Source: Calcarisporiella thermophila CBS 279.70 (Eukaryota > Fungi > Calcarisporiellomycota). Taken from it: a stretch of DNA of 64,000 nt. The notes under the pieces were generated by a model. That model was not told where the DNA came from and searched no databases. It saw nothing but the letters and a program-made list of their open reading frames with translations. A program made the translations under genes and the position numbers. How positions within the stretch are numbered: the first letter of the stretch is position 1; every line of letters begins with the position of its first letter. The DNA is taken from NCBI RefSeq assembly GCF_041956535.1, contig NW_027192210.1, positions 256,021 to 320,020 on the forward strand. The letters run 5' to 3'. Of this stretch, positions 24,393 to 36,318 are shown one piece after another.

Positions 24393-25070
24393 CTATATCG
24401 TCTGTTTTTTCCGTTTGCACGCGGCACTTTCCAACCGCATGTGTCTGGAGAGCGCATCAACGCGCGCAAACGCCCTCCCGCATCTTGCACACGCAAACGG
24501 CTTCTCTCCCCTAACCATCAAGAATCATCAGCCACCCACCCACACACACAGGATGTAGAGAAACACAAGAGGTTAGAATACATACGTGTGCAATTTAGAA
24601 TGCCGATTTCGGTCATGCATCCGAGAAAATCGCTTCTCACAGCCTGGCCATTCGCATGCATAGGGTCGCTCGGCATTGTGCGTGCGAAGATGGGAGATAA
24701 GGTTGTAGTTGCGGACAAATGTCTTGCCGCATTGAGGGAAAGAGCAGTGGAAGCGACCTTCTCGGGCGCTAGCTATGGTTTGTTTCGGCGTGGTTAGGGA
24801 AGCTGCTAAGTCGGTGAAGCCAGCCCTGCTCGGCATTGTGGACTCGGCCGCCGGCTGCTGAGGCGAGGAAAATGGAGAAGTGGGGAGAGCTTCGGTGAGA
24901 GATTGGAGAAGTGCGGGGTCTAGGGTCGGAATAAGGGGTTCGCGAGCTGGCATGCAGTCCGTTAGCGGAGTGGGGTATCCCGAAAACATGGAGTGAGCCG
25001 ACTTCTCTGATGGCTTTGCATCCATATTCATATACGACTGAGGTAATGAGCCTAATGTGTACATGGCCAT
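24393..25070 (-). CDS. C2H2 zinc-finger transcription factor (three Crz1-like fingers), ~200 aa
   Basis: FHCSFPQCGKTFVRNYNLISHLRTHNAERPYACEWPGCEKRFSRMHDRNRHSKLHT|GEKPFACARCGRAFARVDALSRH. The start codon is uncertain. Confidence 0.88.
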
Positions 25071-25446
25071 TTCCAGGCGACGTCTGCTGGAAAAAAGAAA
25101 AAAATTATCTTCTCTAAATAAGTGTCATCCGTTTCATTAATGGGATCATTATTCCATATTAGGAAAATAAATTGTGACGCAACCGAAACGAAACTGCTCA
25201 GTCACCATGACCAAGTTTATTGATTTTTGCAGTGGGGGAAGAGTGAAGGGGAGAGAGGAGAAGAGGGGAAGCGAGAGGGAGAAATACAGCATAGAAATAG
25301 AATTCGTATAGAAAGATGCGATCAAAATGCCGAACAAAAGACCTCAACAAAAGAACGGGCAAGAATAAATCAAGAGAAAAGAGTTGAGAAATGAAAAGAA
25401 AAAAAAAAATGATATACAAACCAAAGAAGCAGAAGAAACCGCGCCC

Positions 25447-26921
25447 CTACTCCTCGTCGTAGTGTTTCCTCACCCACTTCCTCACAAACTCGCTAGCTCG
25501 CAAAAACTTTTTGCTCTGATATTTGCGAAATAGAGCCCCACATTCCCTGCCCGGCTGCCTTAAATAATCTAGCATCAGGTCCATGCAAGGCGTCAGCTCC
25601 TCTGCCGTGTACCCCGAATAATGGATCAAGTTCTTATTCCACCCCTCCCGCCTGAGCATCCGCCTGGCCAAGCAGAGGGACGACGCCGCCATCAGCGAGG
25701 GAGGAAGGCCCAGGAACCGGTGGTCCACCAGAGGCACCTCCATCAGATACTTCGCCAAGGTGCGGGTCTCCAGATCGTACCCCTCTGCCTTGCTTGCACG
25801 CCGAAGAAAATGCATCGGATTCGGGTAACATAACTTGAAGCCCAGAACTTGAAGCATGTATCGTTCCGCACGCAGAATCTCCTGCCAGGTGCACCCGTAA
25901 TCGGATATATACGAGAAGGTGCGCACGGAGGGGGCCAAGATTTCCTCGTACTTGCACGCGATGAAGAGGGCCGTCAAGCCAACAAGCTGGAGCTTTGCTA
26001 GCGAGACGGTCTTATTGGAGAGAAAGCGATCCACGATGTTGACGGCAAGATAAAGAGTTTCCGGGAGGAGATGGAACTTAGCATGAACCTCAATCAACCA
26101 CCCCACCAACACCTTCCTCGCGCTCCACGAAAAGTCAGTTTGGTGCTCGATGTAGTCCGGCGAAGGCAGCATCTCCTTCTACATCATCGAGGGGGAGGGG
26201 AAAAGGAAAAAGAAACTCAATAAACTATACCCACACCACCTCTTAACCAGCAACAGAGCATATATACCTCCAATTCCCTCATGTAGCCAAACACCTCTAC
26301 TACATACTCAGAGACCATGAGCGGATCGTCCCAGTCGTCCGCATCCAAATCCTCCCAACCTCGATTTTCCTCCTCACCTTCGGCCGCAGCCCTTTCCTCA
26401 CTCTTTGGTTTTTTGGCATGAAATCCAAGGTCACCCGCCACCGCCTCCTCCTCCGCATCTTCTTGCCTGTTACGCTTGACACCTTGGTGGGCTATCGCTC
26501 CAGCTGGTGCAGGCGCAGAAACCAAACTTTTAGAAATGGTGGAGGTGATCGTGGTGGTGACGGCCATCCCATTTATGGCTATTTTGGGATGGAGCGGACG
26601 AACCGCCAAAGGCTGGCGACTGGATTTCTGGATGTCCTAAGAAAAAATGGGATTCAGCGGTAGGGACCAATAGTACATAGGCACTGGTGATTTACTTTTG
26701 CATTGCTCTTATGCTCCAAGATACTGGCTCGACTTCTTATGGGTATCCGAGACTCGGGCTTATTGTATCTACTGATGGGGACAGCGGTAGTATTTTCATC
26801 GGTGGAGAACTGCTTTGCTGTACGAACGTGCGGCTAGCAGGTAAAGCGACGAGATTAATTGGACCCATGGTCCGCGAACAAAGTGTCTTGCTATACTCAC
26901 CTGACGCCCAGCTAGACTCAT
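25447..26921 (-). CDS. B-type cyclin
   Basis: WEDLDADDWDDPLMVSEYVVEVFGYMRELE, RKVLVGWLIEVHAKFHLLPETLYLAVNIVDRFLS, KLQLVG and KYEEI. The start MSLAGRQ|gtgagt is inferred. Confidence 0.95.
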
Positions 26922-27161
26922 TCTGTCTCAAGGTTAGAGAGTGAAAGCCAAGAAGTGAACGATGTCGATCATATAGAAACAAAACGATATCCAACAGTCG
27001 ATGCGAGTGCTGCGGATCTCTTCACTCTCTTGCTGAGAATTGGAACAGGAAAAGGAGAAATGGGCAAGGGAGGCCGATGACCGTGTGGAAGGATAAATAT
27101 TCCCTTGCACGAGGAGAAGAGAGTAAGGAGGAGAGGCCTCCATTTGGCAGAAAAAAATTAA

Positions 27162-27192
27162 TTTTCGCGTTTTTTTAACGCGTGCCGATTGG
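27162..27192 (-). promoter_or_regulatory. Paired MCB/SCB-like elements plus CCAAT upstream of the cyclin
   Basis: TTTTCGCGT (27162-27170), ACGCGT (27178-27183) and ATTGG (27188-27192). Confidence 0.5.
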
Positions 27193-27747
27193 TCGATGAA
27201 GTTTAATTAAGAGGTCAGCATCGGGCCTTGCATTGATTTGCCCCCCTCATATGACTCTCCTTTTAATATTCAGTCGGAAGGACGCGAGATTAATTCTCGT
27301 CCGGCTCCCTAATCGAAGAGGGCCCTGACGATGCGTTGAAATGGCGGTGGCCTGAGCCAAGGCTCTTTTCGGCATCGTCGCTGCCGCGAGGCAAGGACAG
27401 GGAAAAGGCGGGACGCGGTGATGCCAGCCGGCTGTGGTGATAGGCGTCAGGATTCAGCCTATCAACACGTCTTGCACATTTGTAAAAGAAAGTTTTCGTC
27501 CTATATTGGCCCAATGGTTGGATGGCGTTGGTTTTCAGGTGATTTAAGAAAAGATTCGTGTTAAGAACTACAAAGTATTTCGAGGGCTCGATGAATATTC
27601 GCAACCCCCCTCAGTGTTGTATATTTTTTACAATGGTTGCACCCTTGGAAGAAACCAACAAGAAATAAAAACCACAAGATGGTAGGAACGTAAAATAATA
27701 AAGAGATAAAGACCCGGCCTCAACCCAGAACCTCGACTGGAGCTCCC

Positions 27748-28104
27748 TTAGCCTTCAGCCTTTTTGATCTCCTCCGTTTTAGTGCTCTGCTTCACACCTA
27801 CAAAATAAATATAAAAAAAGTTCAAGCATTGCCGCTCTGCATATGTTCATCAGTGATCCGATTTCATACTATTGGCACTCTTCTTATTGGCATAAAGATA
27901 TGCTCCAGCAACCACGGCCGCAAGCAGAGCAATGGCCCCCGACTTGGGCCCGGTTCGCTGCTGCTCCTGGCCCTTGGTCTGGTGTGCCGACTGTTCGCCG
28001 ACCTTGGGGCGAGCTGCGGAAGTCTCCGAGGTAGAGGCAAACCGAGCGGAGGAGCGTGGTAGTGAGGAGCGGGCGGTGGCGCGGATGATAGACTGAGGCA
28101 ACAT
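27748..28104 (-). CDS. Small single-pass mitochondrial membrane protein (~95 aa), unknown function
   Basis: Presequence-like MLPQSIIRATARSSLPRSSARFAS and a TM segment GAIALLAAVVAGAYLYA. An intron (AATA|GTATGA...TGTAG) joins in frame to SVKQSTKTEEIKKAEG*. Confidence 0.72.
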
Positions 28105-28314
28105 GGCTTAAATAGTAGGACCTTGCGAAATGGTTCGAATGATTTCAACAAATGAATTCAAGAGCGGCGGGCTACTTTTCAAGAGACAGATAGTCCGAGA
28201 AAACCGCCGTTTTATATTAGGAAAAACGAAGCTTTTGATCACGGCGTCCCTGTGACCGCTTTTTTTGGAAACTTCCTAACTCCTCTTCTCCTACACTATA
28301 CCCTTTTCCGATTG

Positions 28315-29046
28315 ATGAATAAGAGCTGGCTCCTCCATCTCCTTGCCGATTCTGCCCTCCCGACCGGTGGTTTTGTCGCCTCAGCAGGGCTTGAAAGCGC
28401 ACATCAATCTGGCTTTGTTCGCTCCACTGATGACTTACGCCAGTTTGTCAATGCCTCAGCCGAACAGTGCGCATCAGGGAGTTTAGCATTCGTGAGGGAG
28501 AGCTGGCATCTGTCGAATCGCATCAACACAAACGGAGATGAGTCCCATGGGGAGGAGATTTTGAACGCTTGGACCCAGTTGGACAAAGAATTCGAAGCCA
28601 CCATAAATAATGCGGTGGCGAAAAGAGCGTCTCTGGCCCAAGGAGCAGCTATGCTGACCCTCTACCTTAAATGCTTCGCTAGTTCCTCCTCCCCTCATGA
28701 AGCACTGATCACTCGTTACCGCCTTCTTGTTCGCAGGGAGCAAGCTCCGGGTCATCTTCCCGTCTGCTTTGGGCTAGTCTGTGCGGGCCTTGCCGTACCC
28801 CTCGACGAAACCCTACGGCTATTTATTTTCCTATTCGCGCGCTCCCTGTACTCAGCCGCCGTCAGACTCAATATCGTGGGCCCATATGAATCCCAGCGGC
28901 TGCTTCTGGAGACAGAAGCTTGGGCCGAGCAAGTTGTTGAGCGGTGGATGCATACACCGGTGGAGGAGGCTTGTCAGGTGAATCCTGTGCTGGACATGCT
29001 TCAAGCACGTCATGATATCCTCTATTCACGCGTTTTCAACTCTTGA
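28315..29046 (+). CDS. UREF: Urease accessory protein UreF (single exon)
   Basis: LLADSALPTGGFVASAGLESA, KRASLAQG, GHLPVCFG, SAAVRLNIVGPY and C-terminal HDILYSRVFNS*. Confidence 0.96.
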   Translation: MNKSWLLHLLADSALPTGGFVASAGLESAHQSGFVRSTDDLRQFVNASAEQCASGSLAFVRESWHLSNRINTNGDESHGEEILNAWTQLDKEFEATINNAVAKRASLAQGAAMLTLYLKCFASSSSPHEALITRYRLLVRREQAPGHLPVCFGLVCAGLAVPLDETLRLFIFLFARSLYSAAVRLNIVGPYESQRLLLETEAWAEQVVERWMHTPVEEACQVNPVLDMLQARHDILYSRVFNS

Positions 29047-29298
29047 GCAGCACAGTGGTATTTAATAGAGTAAAGACACAACCTGGACAATTACATATAA
29101 TATGGAATGATATACACGGAGGTGGGTTTAGAGCGAGACATAAGTTCAAATGTACACTAATAGAGGTGGAGAAAAAGAGAAGAGCAACATAACATAGTGG
29201 GGAAGGAGTGAATGGTGATATGAAATAAAATATAGAAATGATCAAGAAGTTGAGCAAAAACGCGTGCCTAAATTTATATGATCTGAGAGCTGTTCTAG

Positions 29299-30373
29299 CT
29301 AGACCTCTTCCGTGGCCAGGTCGAATTGGTCGATCTCTTCAAAGTGTCGCTTCACATCAGCAAATTTATTCCTTGCAATCTAAGAATAATGAATGGACCC
29401 ATGAAATCTTGGCCGTCATCGCTTTACAAAGGGTGGACTAGATTACCTTTCTGCCTTGATGCCCGGCTGCGAGCCCTTCATCGCGCCCATCCTCCTTCTG
29501 CTTTGTTTTTGACTTGGGCTTCGCCTCCTGCCTACGCTTCACCAAGGTCCGCTTCTCTTTCGCCCCACCCTTACCCCGCGGTCCACTCTTCCCTCCTCCT
29601 CTTTCTCCCCTCCCTCTGGCTACGTGTCGTTTGGTCGACCTCCATTCCCCATCCGATTCGCCCTCATCATGGCTGCTTTCGCCAAAAATGCTCCCATTGG
29701 CTTTTCGTCGTCGTGGCAGCATCTCGACTAGATCGTCCGTCTTCAGAGCACGCTGTCGACCTTTTTTCTTCGGTGGAGGCGACTCGAGTCGAAGGGACGG
29801 AGGGGGCGGAGTCAATTCGGAAGCGTCGGAGGAGGTCGGAGTGAGAGAAGAGAGCGAGAGTGGGGAATCAGCTCGCGAGGAAACTGGCATAGAAGTTGAA
29901 GATGGGTCGGTGGTAAGCGGTGTGTTAGGGATGGGATTGAGTTGGCGAGGGGTTTGTTGTTGGGAGTGCAGGAGATTCGTCTTGTCACGGCCAAAGGAGC
30001 TAGAAACTCCTTGGGATAGATCTTTGGGCGTCTTTGATGCTTGATTTGGTTTGACTTCCAAATATATGAAGGAGAAAGAAAAATGATCAGACAAAGTATC
30101 GTAAATATATGCTATAATATTTTATGCATAATATTTACGCTCTGGGTTTTCTGCATTCATTTCACCCAAGATCTTCTCAATCACATCCTCCGGCAGCAAC
30201 TCCTTCTTCTCCTTGTCCGCTTCATTGGCTAGAAAGCGCTGGCGCGCGGATCGCCGGGGTGCTTTTTGAACGGGCTCATTCTCCTTATTTCCATTGGTGC
30301 TGTCGAGGGCATTTGCGCGGGTCCAGCGAGATCGGAGAGACCTCGTGGCAGAAGATCGCGTGTTCGAGGCCAT
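29299..30373 (-). CDS. Sororin-like cohesin regulator (3 exons)
   Basis: N-terminal KEN box (NKENE, 30278-30286), a basic S/P-rich disordered body, and a final exon 29379-29299 IARNKFADVKRHFEEIDQFDLATEEV* resembling the Sororin C-terminal domain. Confidence 0.72.
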
Positions 30374-30634
30374 CCGTATGCGCTGGAGCTATCCAATATT
30401 TGCCTTTCTTCCAGCACTCGCAATTTTCCAAAAGCTAAATGAGTGGCGCGGTCAAAGCAATGTTCGATCAGCAAAAAAATAACCATGTACTATTGATTTG
30501 TGAATTCAATTTTGAAAAAAAAAATAAAAATAAATATATCTATATTATAACTTTTTTTATTGCTTCAATCACCTTACATTGCAAGATTACACCTCATTAC
30601 CCTTAAAGGATTCGAATCATACCTCATTGATACG

Positions 30635-31268
30635 ATGTCTTTGACTCACCGCCTTGGTAATTTACTGATGCGCAACACACGCGTAAATATAATTTTCTTT
30701 TTGTTTTTGACGTTGAATCTCGGCGCGTCTTTTGAGTTTTGAGCAATAATCTCTCAATCTACCGATAAGTATTAATAAATTTTGTCCTGTAGGCATTCTC
30801 AACAACTGCATCAAGATCCAACAATGGTAATTTCACCATTGCTGCTCTTTCTTGCCTCTTCATCATGCTCACCCTTCTTTAATATTCTATTTTTATTACG
30901 CAGTCAACCGTGCCTTTCTGGTTGGATATGTTGGCGCCGATGCCGAGGTTCACACGCTTCCTGAGGGTGATCGCAAGTACATGACCTACACTGTCGGCAC
31001 CTCTGAGACGCATCGCGACAAGGATGGCAATTTGGTCAAGACGACCCAATGGCACCACATAGTCAACTTCAATCAAGCGGCCATTGAGTGGCTGCCCAAT
31101 AAGGTGAAGAAGGGCGCATTGGTTTGTGTGCAGGGTCCGATCCAGTACCGCAGTTATGTAGATCGCAACGGAGTCCAAAGAACGAGCACAAGCATCCTGC
31201 AGGATGAGCTTTCAGTATTGAGATTGCCGAAGCAGAAGGAGGCAGGCGAAGGGGAGCACCAAGAGTAG
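30635..31268 (+). CDS. RIM1: Mitochondrial single-stranded DNA-binding protein
   Basis: MSLTHRLGNLLMRNTR|AFSTTASRSNN|VNRAFLVGYVGAD..TQWHHIVNF..KKGALVCVQG..YVDRNG: an SSB OB-fold with a presequence. Confidence 0.93.
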
Positions 31269-31875
31269 GCCAACCTTTGCCCCTCTCCTCTCTTCCTGTC
31301 CCCTTTTTCGAGCTTTATTTTCTTTATGTGTGTTTTATTTTATGTTTGCTTACGAACCGCTAGCTAGCTGAGTACTTGTGTGTTTTAGTTGATTATTTTT
31401 ATTTTCTCGAGTTTATATTTTATTTCCGCAGTATAATAATTCTCATTTGTTTTTATGTGATTTATCTTCGAATCACTCTAACAGCTGCCTTCTCCCGGCA
31501 ACACTATTTCATCCAGCTCAAGTATAAGTTTATCAAACATGATATAAAAAGAAAAGCCAAAAACAGGAAAGAGCCTGTACTTTGGCCATAAAAAGAAAAA
31601 CGAGGAATACAACATGAGAGAGGGGTGGGAGATGGGGGGTGAGAGAGAAATGAAAGAGAGAAAGAAATTGCATCCAATCTCACTAAAGATATTAAACGAA
31701 GGAATTAAATAACCATAAGGCCAAAGTTCTAAACAGGAAATAAAAAAATGGTGCAGTGAAAAGGAGGAAAACAGAAGAGGAACCAAACCGTAAGAAAAGA
31801 GAGAAGCATCTTACAAATGGGAAGAATACGAACAAGGAAAAATCGAAAGCGCGTGGAATGTTGTGAAAGAATACA

Positions 31876-33889
31876 CTATTTCAGTTTCTCTCCGTCGGAT
31901 GTATACACAGGTATTGTCCGCCCCCCTTCGTCCTCTCTTCCCCCGACCTTGATCTTCGAGGAGAGCTGCCACCGTAATTGACCCACTCTCAGCGCCTCCA
32001 CATATTCGCAGGGTAAATGGTCGTTGAAGAAAAACGGAAACACCAGGCGCTCCGCCAGCCGCAACCAACTTTCCTGAGGCATTCGCAGCAAAATATGGTG
32101 GTTCAAGAGGCCTGAGGGGTGCAGATAGGAGATGCCGCGGGGCGAAACCGGCTCATCAGTGATTGGGTCGGGAGGATAAAGGGTGATGTTGCGAGCGCTA
32201 TCGATGAAGACGAGCGTGCCCGGAGGGATGGCGTAGCTCCACCATGCGGGGACGCGTGCGACCACATCATTGTTGTGGACATGGTGGAAGAATTTGGAGG
32301 TGAGGGCCCGTCCGAATATTCTAATAGTGAAAGAGAGTGTGTGAGAGGCAACCAAGGCAACACCCGTCATCCTCTTTTCTTGATGCTAACCTTGAGTGCT
32401 CGAAATCGCCGATCTTCGGTTGACCATACGTATACAGACCCTCAAATATATCCAGGAGCGGGCTGTTATACTGAACCATTTTCGCTACGAACACGCTTGC
32501 CAATCCCCCACCCAGACTATGACCCGTGATATACAACCGTTTTCTGCCGCGCCTTCGGTCGAACCGGATCGATCCGCGCCGCGGTCGATAGTATGCATGG
32601 TTTCCATTGCCGAGGATCACGCCTCCTGTGCTCTCGTCATCGGAAGAGGAATTGTCGTGGAGCAGCTCTGTAGCACCCGGGTAATCTCGCTCCACCAAGT
32701 TCAGGATCCAGTTTTCAGCCTGTGCATAGGCACTCTCCCAGGGCACCTCCGTGCCGAGAAAGCGGTGGTCAACCGGCTCGCGGACGTGGCGTAACACGCT
32801 CACAATGACAAACTCGATGAGCTGCACGGTCGCACGCAAAGCTGTCTTGATGGTTCGCTGAAGGGAAGTGTTGGAGAGCTCGATATTGAGGGTGGAGGAG
32901 CGTGGGGTCACCTTGGACGGATCCGGCGGCTCACCCAAGGCCTGGTCGAAGCCACCATGGACTCTGCCCATCTGCCCGTGATAGGGGGAGACCAGCGGCT
33001 TCAACCGGTGCTGCAAGTCGGTCGAAAGGTGCTGCAAATTTAGGGGCTGCGACCCCCTGAATACAAGCACGATGTCGTCTCCCTTCTCCACGATGATCCC
33101 ACAGGTATTCTTGTAGGCAATTGGCTTCAGTGTCGACATATCAAAACCACCATGGCGCTCCAATTCATACTTAATCACAGGAAGATCTTCATACGATAAT
33201 TTGGAGAGCATGGCCAGCGTGAAAGCAATTGTACGAGAGTAAAATGGCATTCGAGGCACTAGATGGCTTCCTTCGAGACGTGCCAATCGGGCCGCTTCGG
33301 CAAATTCGTTGGCTATTTCCTCGTCCTCCAGGGCGGCCTTGGAATCATCGAAAAGCCCTAGAGGCTGAAATCGCGTGTCACATGCATTGACGAGAGAAAA
33401 GGGCCGACCAGTCGGGGCGTGGTGTCCAACAAACCGCTTCAGCACCGCCCGGACCATGGCATCGCCTGTCAAGAGCAAAATAAACCAAATGAAGAACAAG
33501 ATTCTCAGAAACCATCCTGAGATCTCTGCTATGACGGGCACCCTTGACAAGAGCCGCGCGATGGGGGTCACCACCATGGCTACCGTGGTGAGCACGCGGA
33601 GGACAAGCGGAGTAGCAAAGTTGACTATCTTGAAGGAGAGATAGACAATGAGGCCACCCCCCAACAGGAGGAATACCAAAGCAAACCACGAGAAGGCGAG
33701 CCAGTACCGTTCCGCGGCTACCAGCCAGAGTCCGAAGGTGAGCCCGAGGATGCCGAGGAAGGGAAAGAGGGCATAGTCCCAGCTCATTCGGCTCGACGTC
33801 CGTCGAGAGCGCTTCTTAGCTGTGGGAGAGGCCTTGGAGTTGGACGAAAAGGAGATGGAGCTCAATGATTTCTCATTGTTATCCGCCAT
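31876..33889 (-). CDS. Class 3 triacylglycerol lipase with N-terminal hydrophobic/TM region (2 exons)
   Basis: LSKLSYED, LVFRGS, VHGGF, ITGHSLGG, YTYGQPKIGD|..HNNDVVARVP..NDHLP; the catalytic triad appears intact. Confidence 0.92.
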
Positions 33890-35415
33890 TAAAATTAAGA
33901 ATGCAACCAGATCTATTAAGAGCAAGTGAGAATTTGCCCCAATCTTTTTGTACTGCTCTCTGAAATCGGTGGCTCTGATTCATAGTCATATGCTCCGATA
34001 GAGCAAAGGTCAAGCCGCAGGTTCCCTGACTATGCCCAGCAATTTGGACTATATAACAAAAAATCCAGCCCTCCGGCTCTGTGTTGGTAAGGAACGAGGC
34101 CTGAGCCAACACGGAGTAAGGATGGAATAACAATCATAGTAGATCCCCAAAGATAAGTCCTGCTGCTTAGGCAATATATGGGCACGATGCCGCTTGCTGC
34201 ATGAGTTGGAATCCTAGTTATCTAGGTTTTTAATAGAATAAGATTCTTTGAACTGATTACAAAGATGCGGGTTAAAGAATGCGTCCATTGGGAGGCAACT
34301 ATGCATACCGAAAACCAGGATGGTAACTGCGATGCGACTATCGATACAGGTAAGAATGGATGTCAGGTGTCGGCCTTACTGTACTTTAACAGCTTATCTC
34401 TAAATGCAATATTTTTATCTAGTAGGGCTAAAAAAAATTATCTGCGTAGTGCTATAATGAATCACTCAACCTCCTGCATCGTTTCGAATGCATGGGAATA
34501 ACTATGGAGGATATCTGAACATGTCTTGGCATTGGAGCACTGGTTGTTGATGGCAGCTTTCATTTTTCATTAAAATTTGCCAAGATCTACTGTATATTCG
34601 CCGGCGTTATTCATAAATTAAGCTTATCCTAGAGGCTTCATGTGTTATCCCATTCGCTATGCAGCCTATATCTTGGTTATGACTATTAGGGACCTTGGGG
34701 AAGGCAAAACTTTTCATATAGAGTCTTTGGATACTAGATGATACAAAACCGGAGATACTCCCATATTTACGCTACCTATTGTGAAGGGCTGCTAAGAGGA
34801 TTAGCCCGGCATCTTAGTGATAGACGCCAGTTTATATAAGGTTTAGCGGCTAGTGAAAGATGGAATAAATTTCAGGGATTATTAAATTAACTATTGAGAG
34901 GAGAGTGTTATTTGTGGGCGAGGGTTGACTATCAAAAGTATTATTCAATAAGAGCGGGGACGGTTTAGCATGGAGCATCATCAGTATATTTAGCACTAGA
35001 TTTGCTTAAATCTATGCTATATATCGCTCTTATACGACAGACGGCAGAGACTATATACATTATTTTATATTATTTATTATATCCTGATAACCCTTCTTGT
35101 TTAAAGTGAATAGATTGGGGGAAATTGTTAGCTAAAAGTCTAAAACTAAAGCTTTTGATGAAGAGATTCTTTTGTATCAATCTTTTCGTATATATGTTCA
35201 GCCAGAAAATTTGCCTTTGCTCTAGTTCAACCCTTGTCAAGGTCAACTCCAATTTACAAGTATATCTTGTCACTAAAAAAGGGGAAAGGGGCTCATAAGC
35301 CACCATATCTGTCTGTGCTCCATTTTTCTCAAAGCTGAGCGCGTAATATTATATATCCCGATCAACCCATCATATAATCAATTGTTGCCGTCTCTCCTAT
35401 CATCATATAATCATC

Positions 35416-36318
35416 ATGGGACTAATGTTCTTATTAGCATACGCGGGTCTGGGGATCGCATTTTTATTCGCTACACTTAGTCTTGGTATTGTACCTGTAA
35501 ACTGGTTTGCGAACCATCTCTAACTAGAATACCCCTTTTACTTTCGGTGGTAGCTTGCGGGCTATACTATCTTGCAGAGTTAGTGGAGGGTAAGCTAGAT
35601 CGCGTGAATACACTCTTATAATCTCTTTGAAACTTTTCATAAGGCTGACTTATGCTTTATGATCGTGATTTTGGATTTCAGAGTATACGGTGATGACCAA
35701 AAAAGTCATTACGTGGATTACATGGGTAGACGGGCTATATTTTCCCGGACGCTTCACGCGCCGAATCTAACTGGGGTTATACTATTAGACTATCGCAGCA
35801 TTACATGTGATTCTCTGGATTTCCGACCGCTTGCCCACGTTTAACGTGTTGTTTGGACTATTATCGTTGGGAGTTTACAGCCTAAACCTACGAACCTTCC
35901 CATTCATCAAACTGTCAAGCCCGGCGTTTATTCTTAGTTGCGGTACACCATCCCATCCTCGTGGTTTTTCCCCCCTGGTTGATATACTTACTAACGATTT
36001 TCTTCGGGATTGCTCTTTTCTCTCAACATCATAGTCTTCACTCTAGCCGATCACTTCATGTGGTTCAAGTATTTCACCAGCCACTACTACAGCTTTAGCG
36101 AGGTGGCCTCCTTCTTTGGATTGTGTGTATGGCTCGTGCCATTTGCATATTTCATTTCATTAAGTGCAAATGATAATGCACTTCCCCATTTCGATCCTCG
36201 AGTCCACAACCCTGACGCGCTTCCGTCGGTGGTGAAAACAGGGCTCGTGAAGCAAATCCTAAATTTCGTCTTGCGAAAAAAGGACGAAGGTTTACCCTCG
36301 CAGCAAAAAGACATGTAA
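35416..36318 (+). CDS. SVP26: Svp26/TEX261 ER-Golgi transmembrane adaptor (multi-exon)
   Basis: FLFATLSL|ACGLYYLAELVE|EYTVMTKK, FPFIKLSSPAFILSC, DHFMWFKYF and SFFGLCVWLVPFAYFISLSANDNALP. Confidence 0.93.

Noticed and set aside
27325-27341. CTGACGA...GAAA hammerhead-like core and a CCCTAA telomere-template-like word
   Set aside because: Stem II/III geometry does not fit a hammerhead, and CCCTAA lacks the extra alignment bases of a template.
30677-30683. ACGCGT near RIM1 and an apparent broken splice donor at ~30765
   Set aside because: The ACGCGT overlaps the exon 1 end and donor (..ACA CGC|GTAAAT), which gives a clean in-frame model; no extra exon is needed.
34150-35350. 1.2-kb AT-richer intergenic stretch, possible TE relic
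   Set aside because: No terminal repeats, coding remnants or motifs recognisable by eye.
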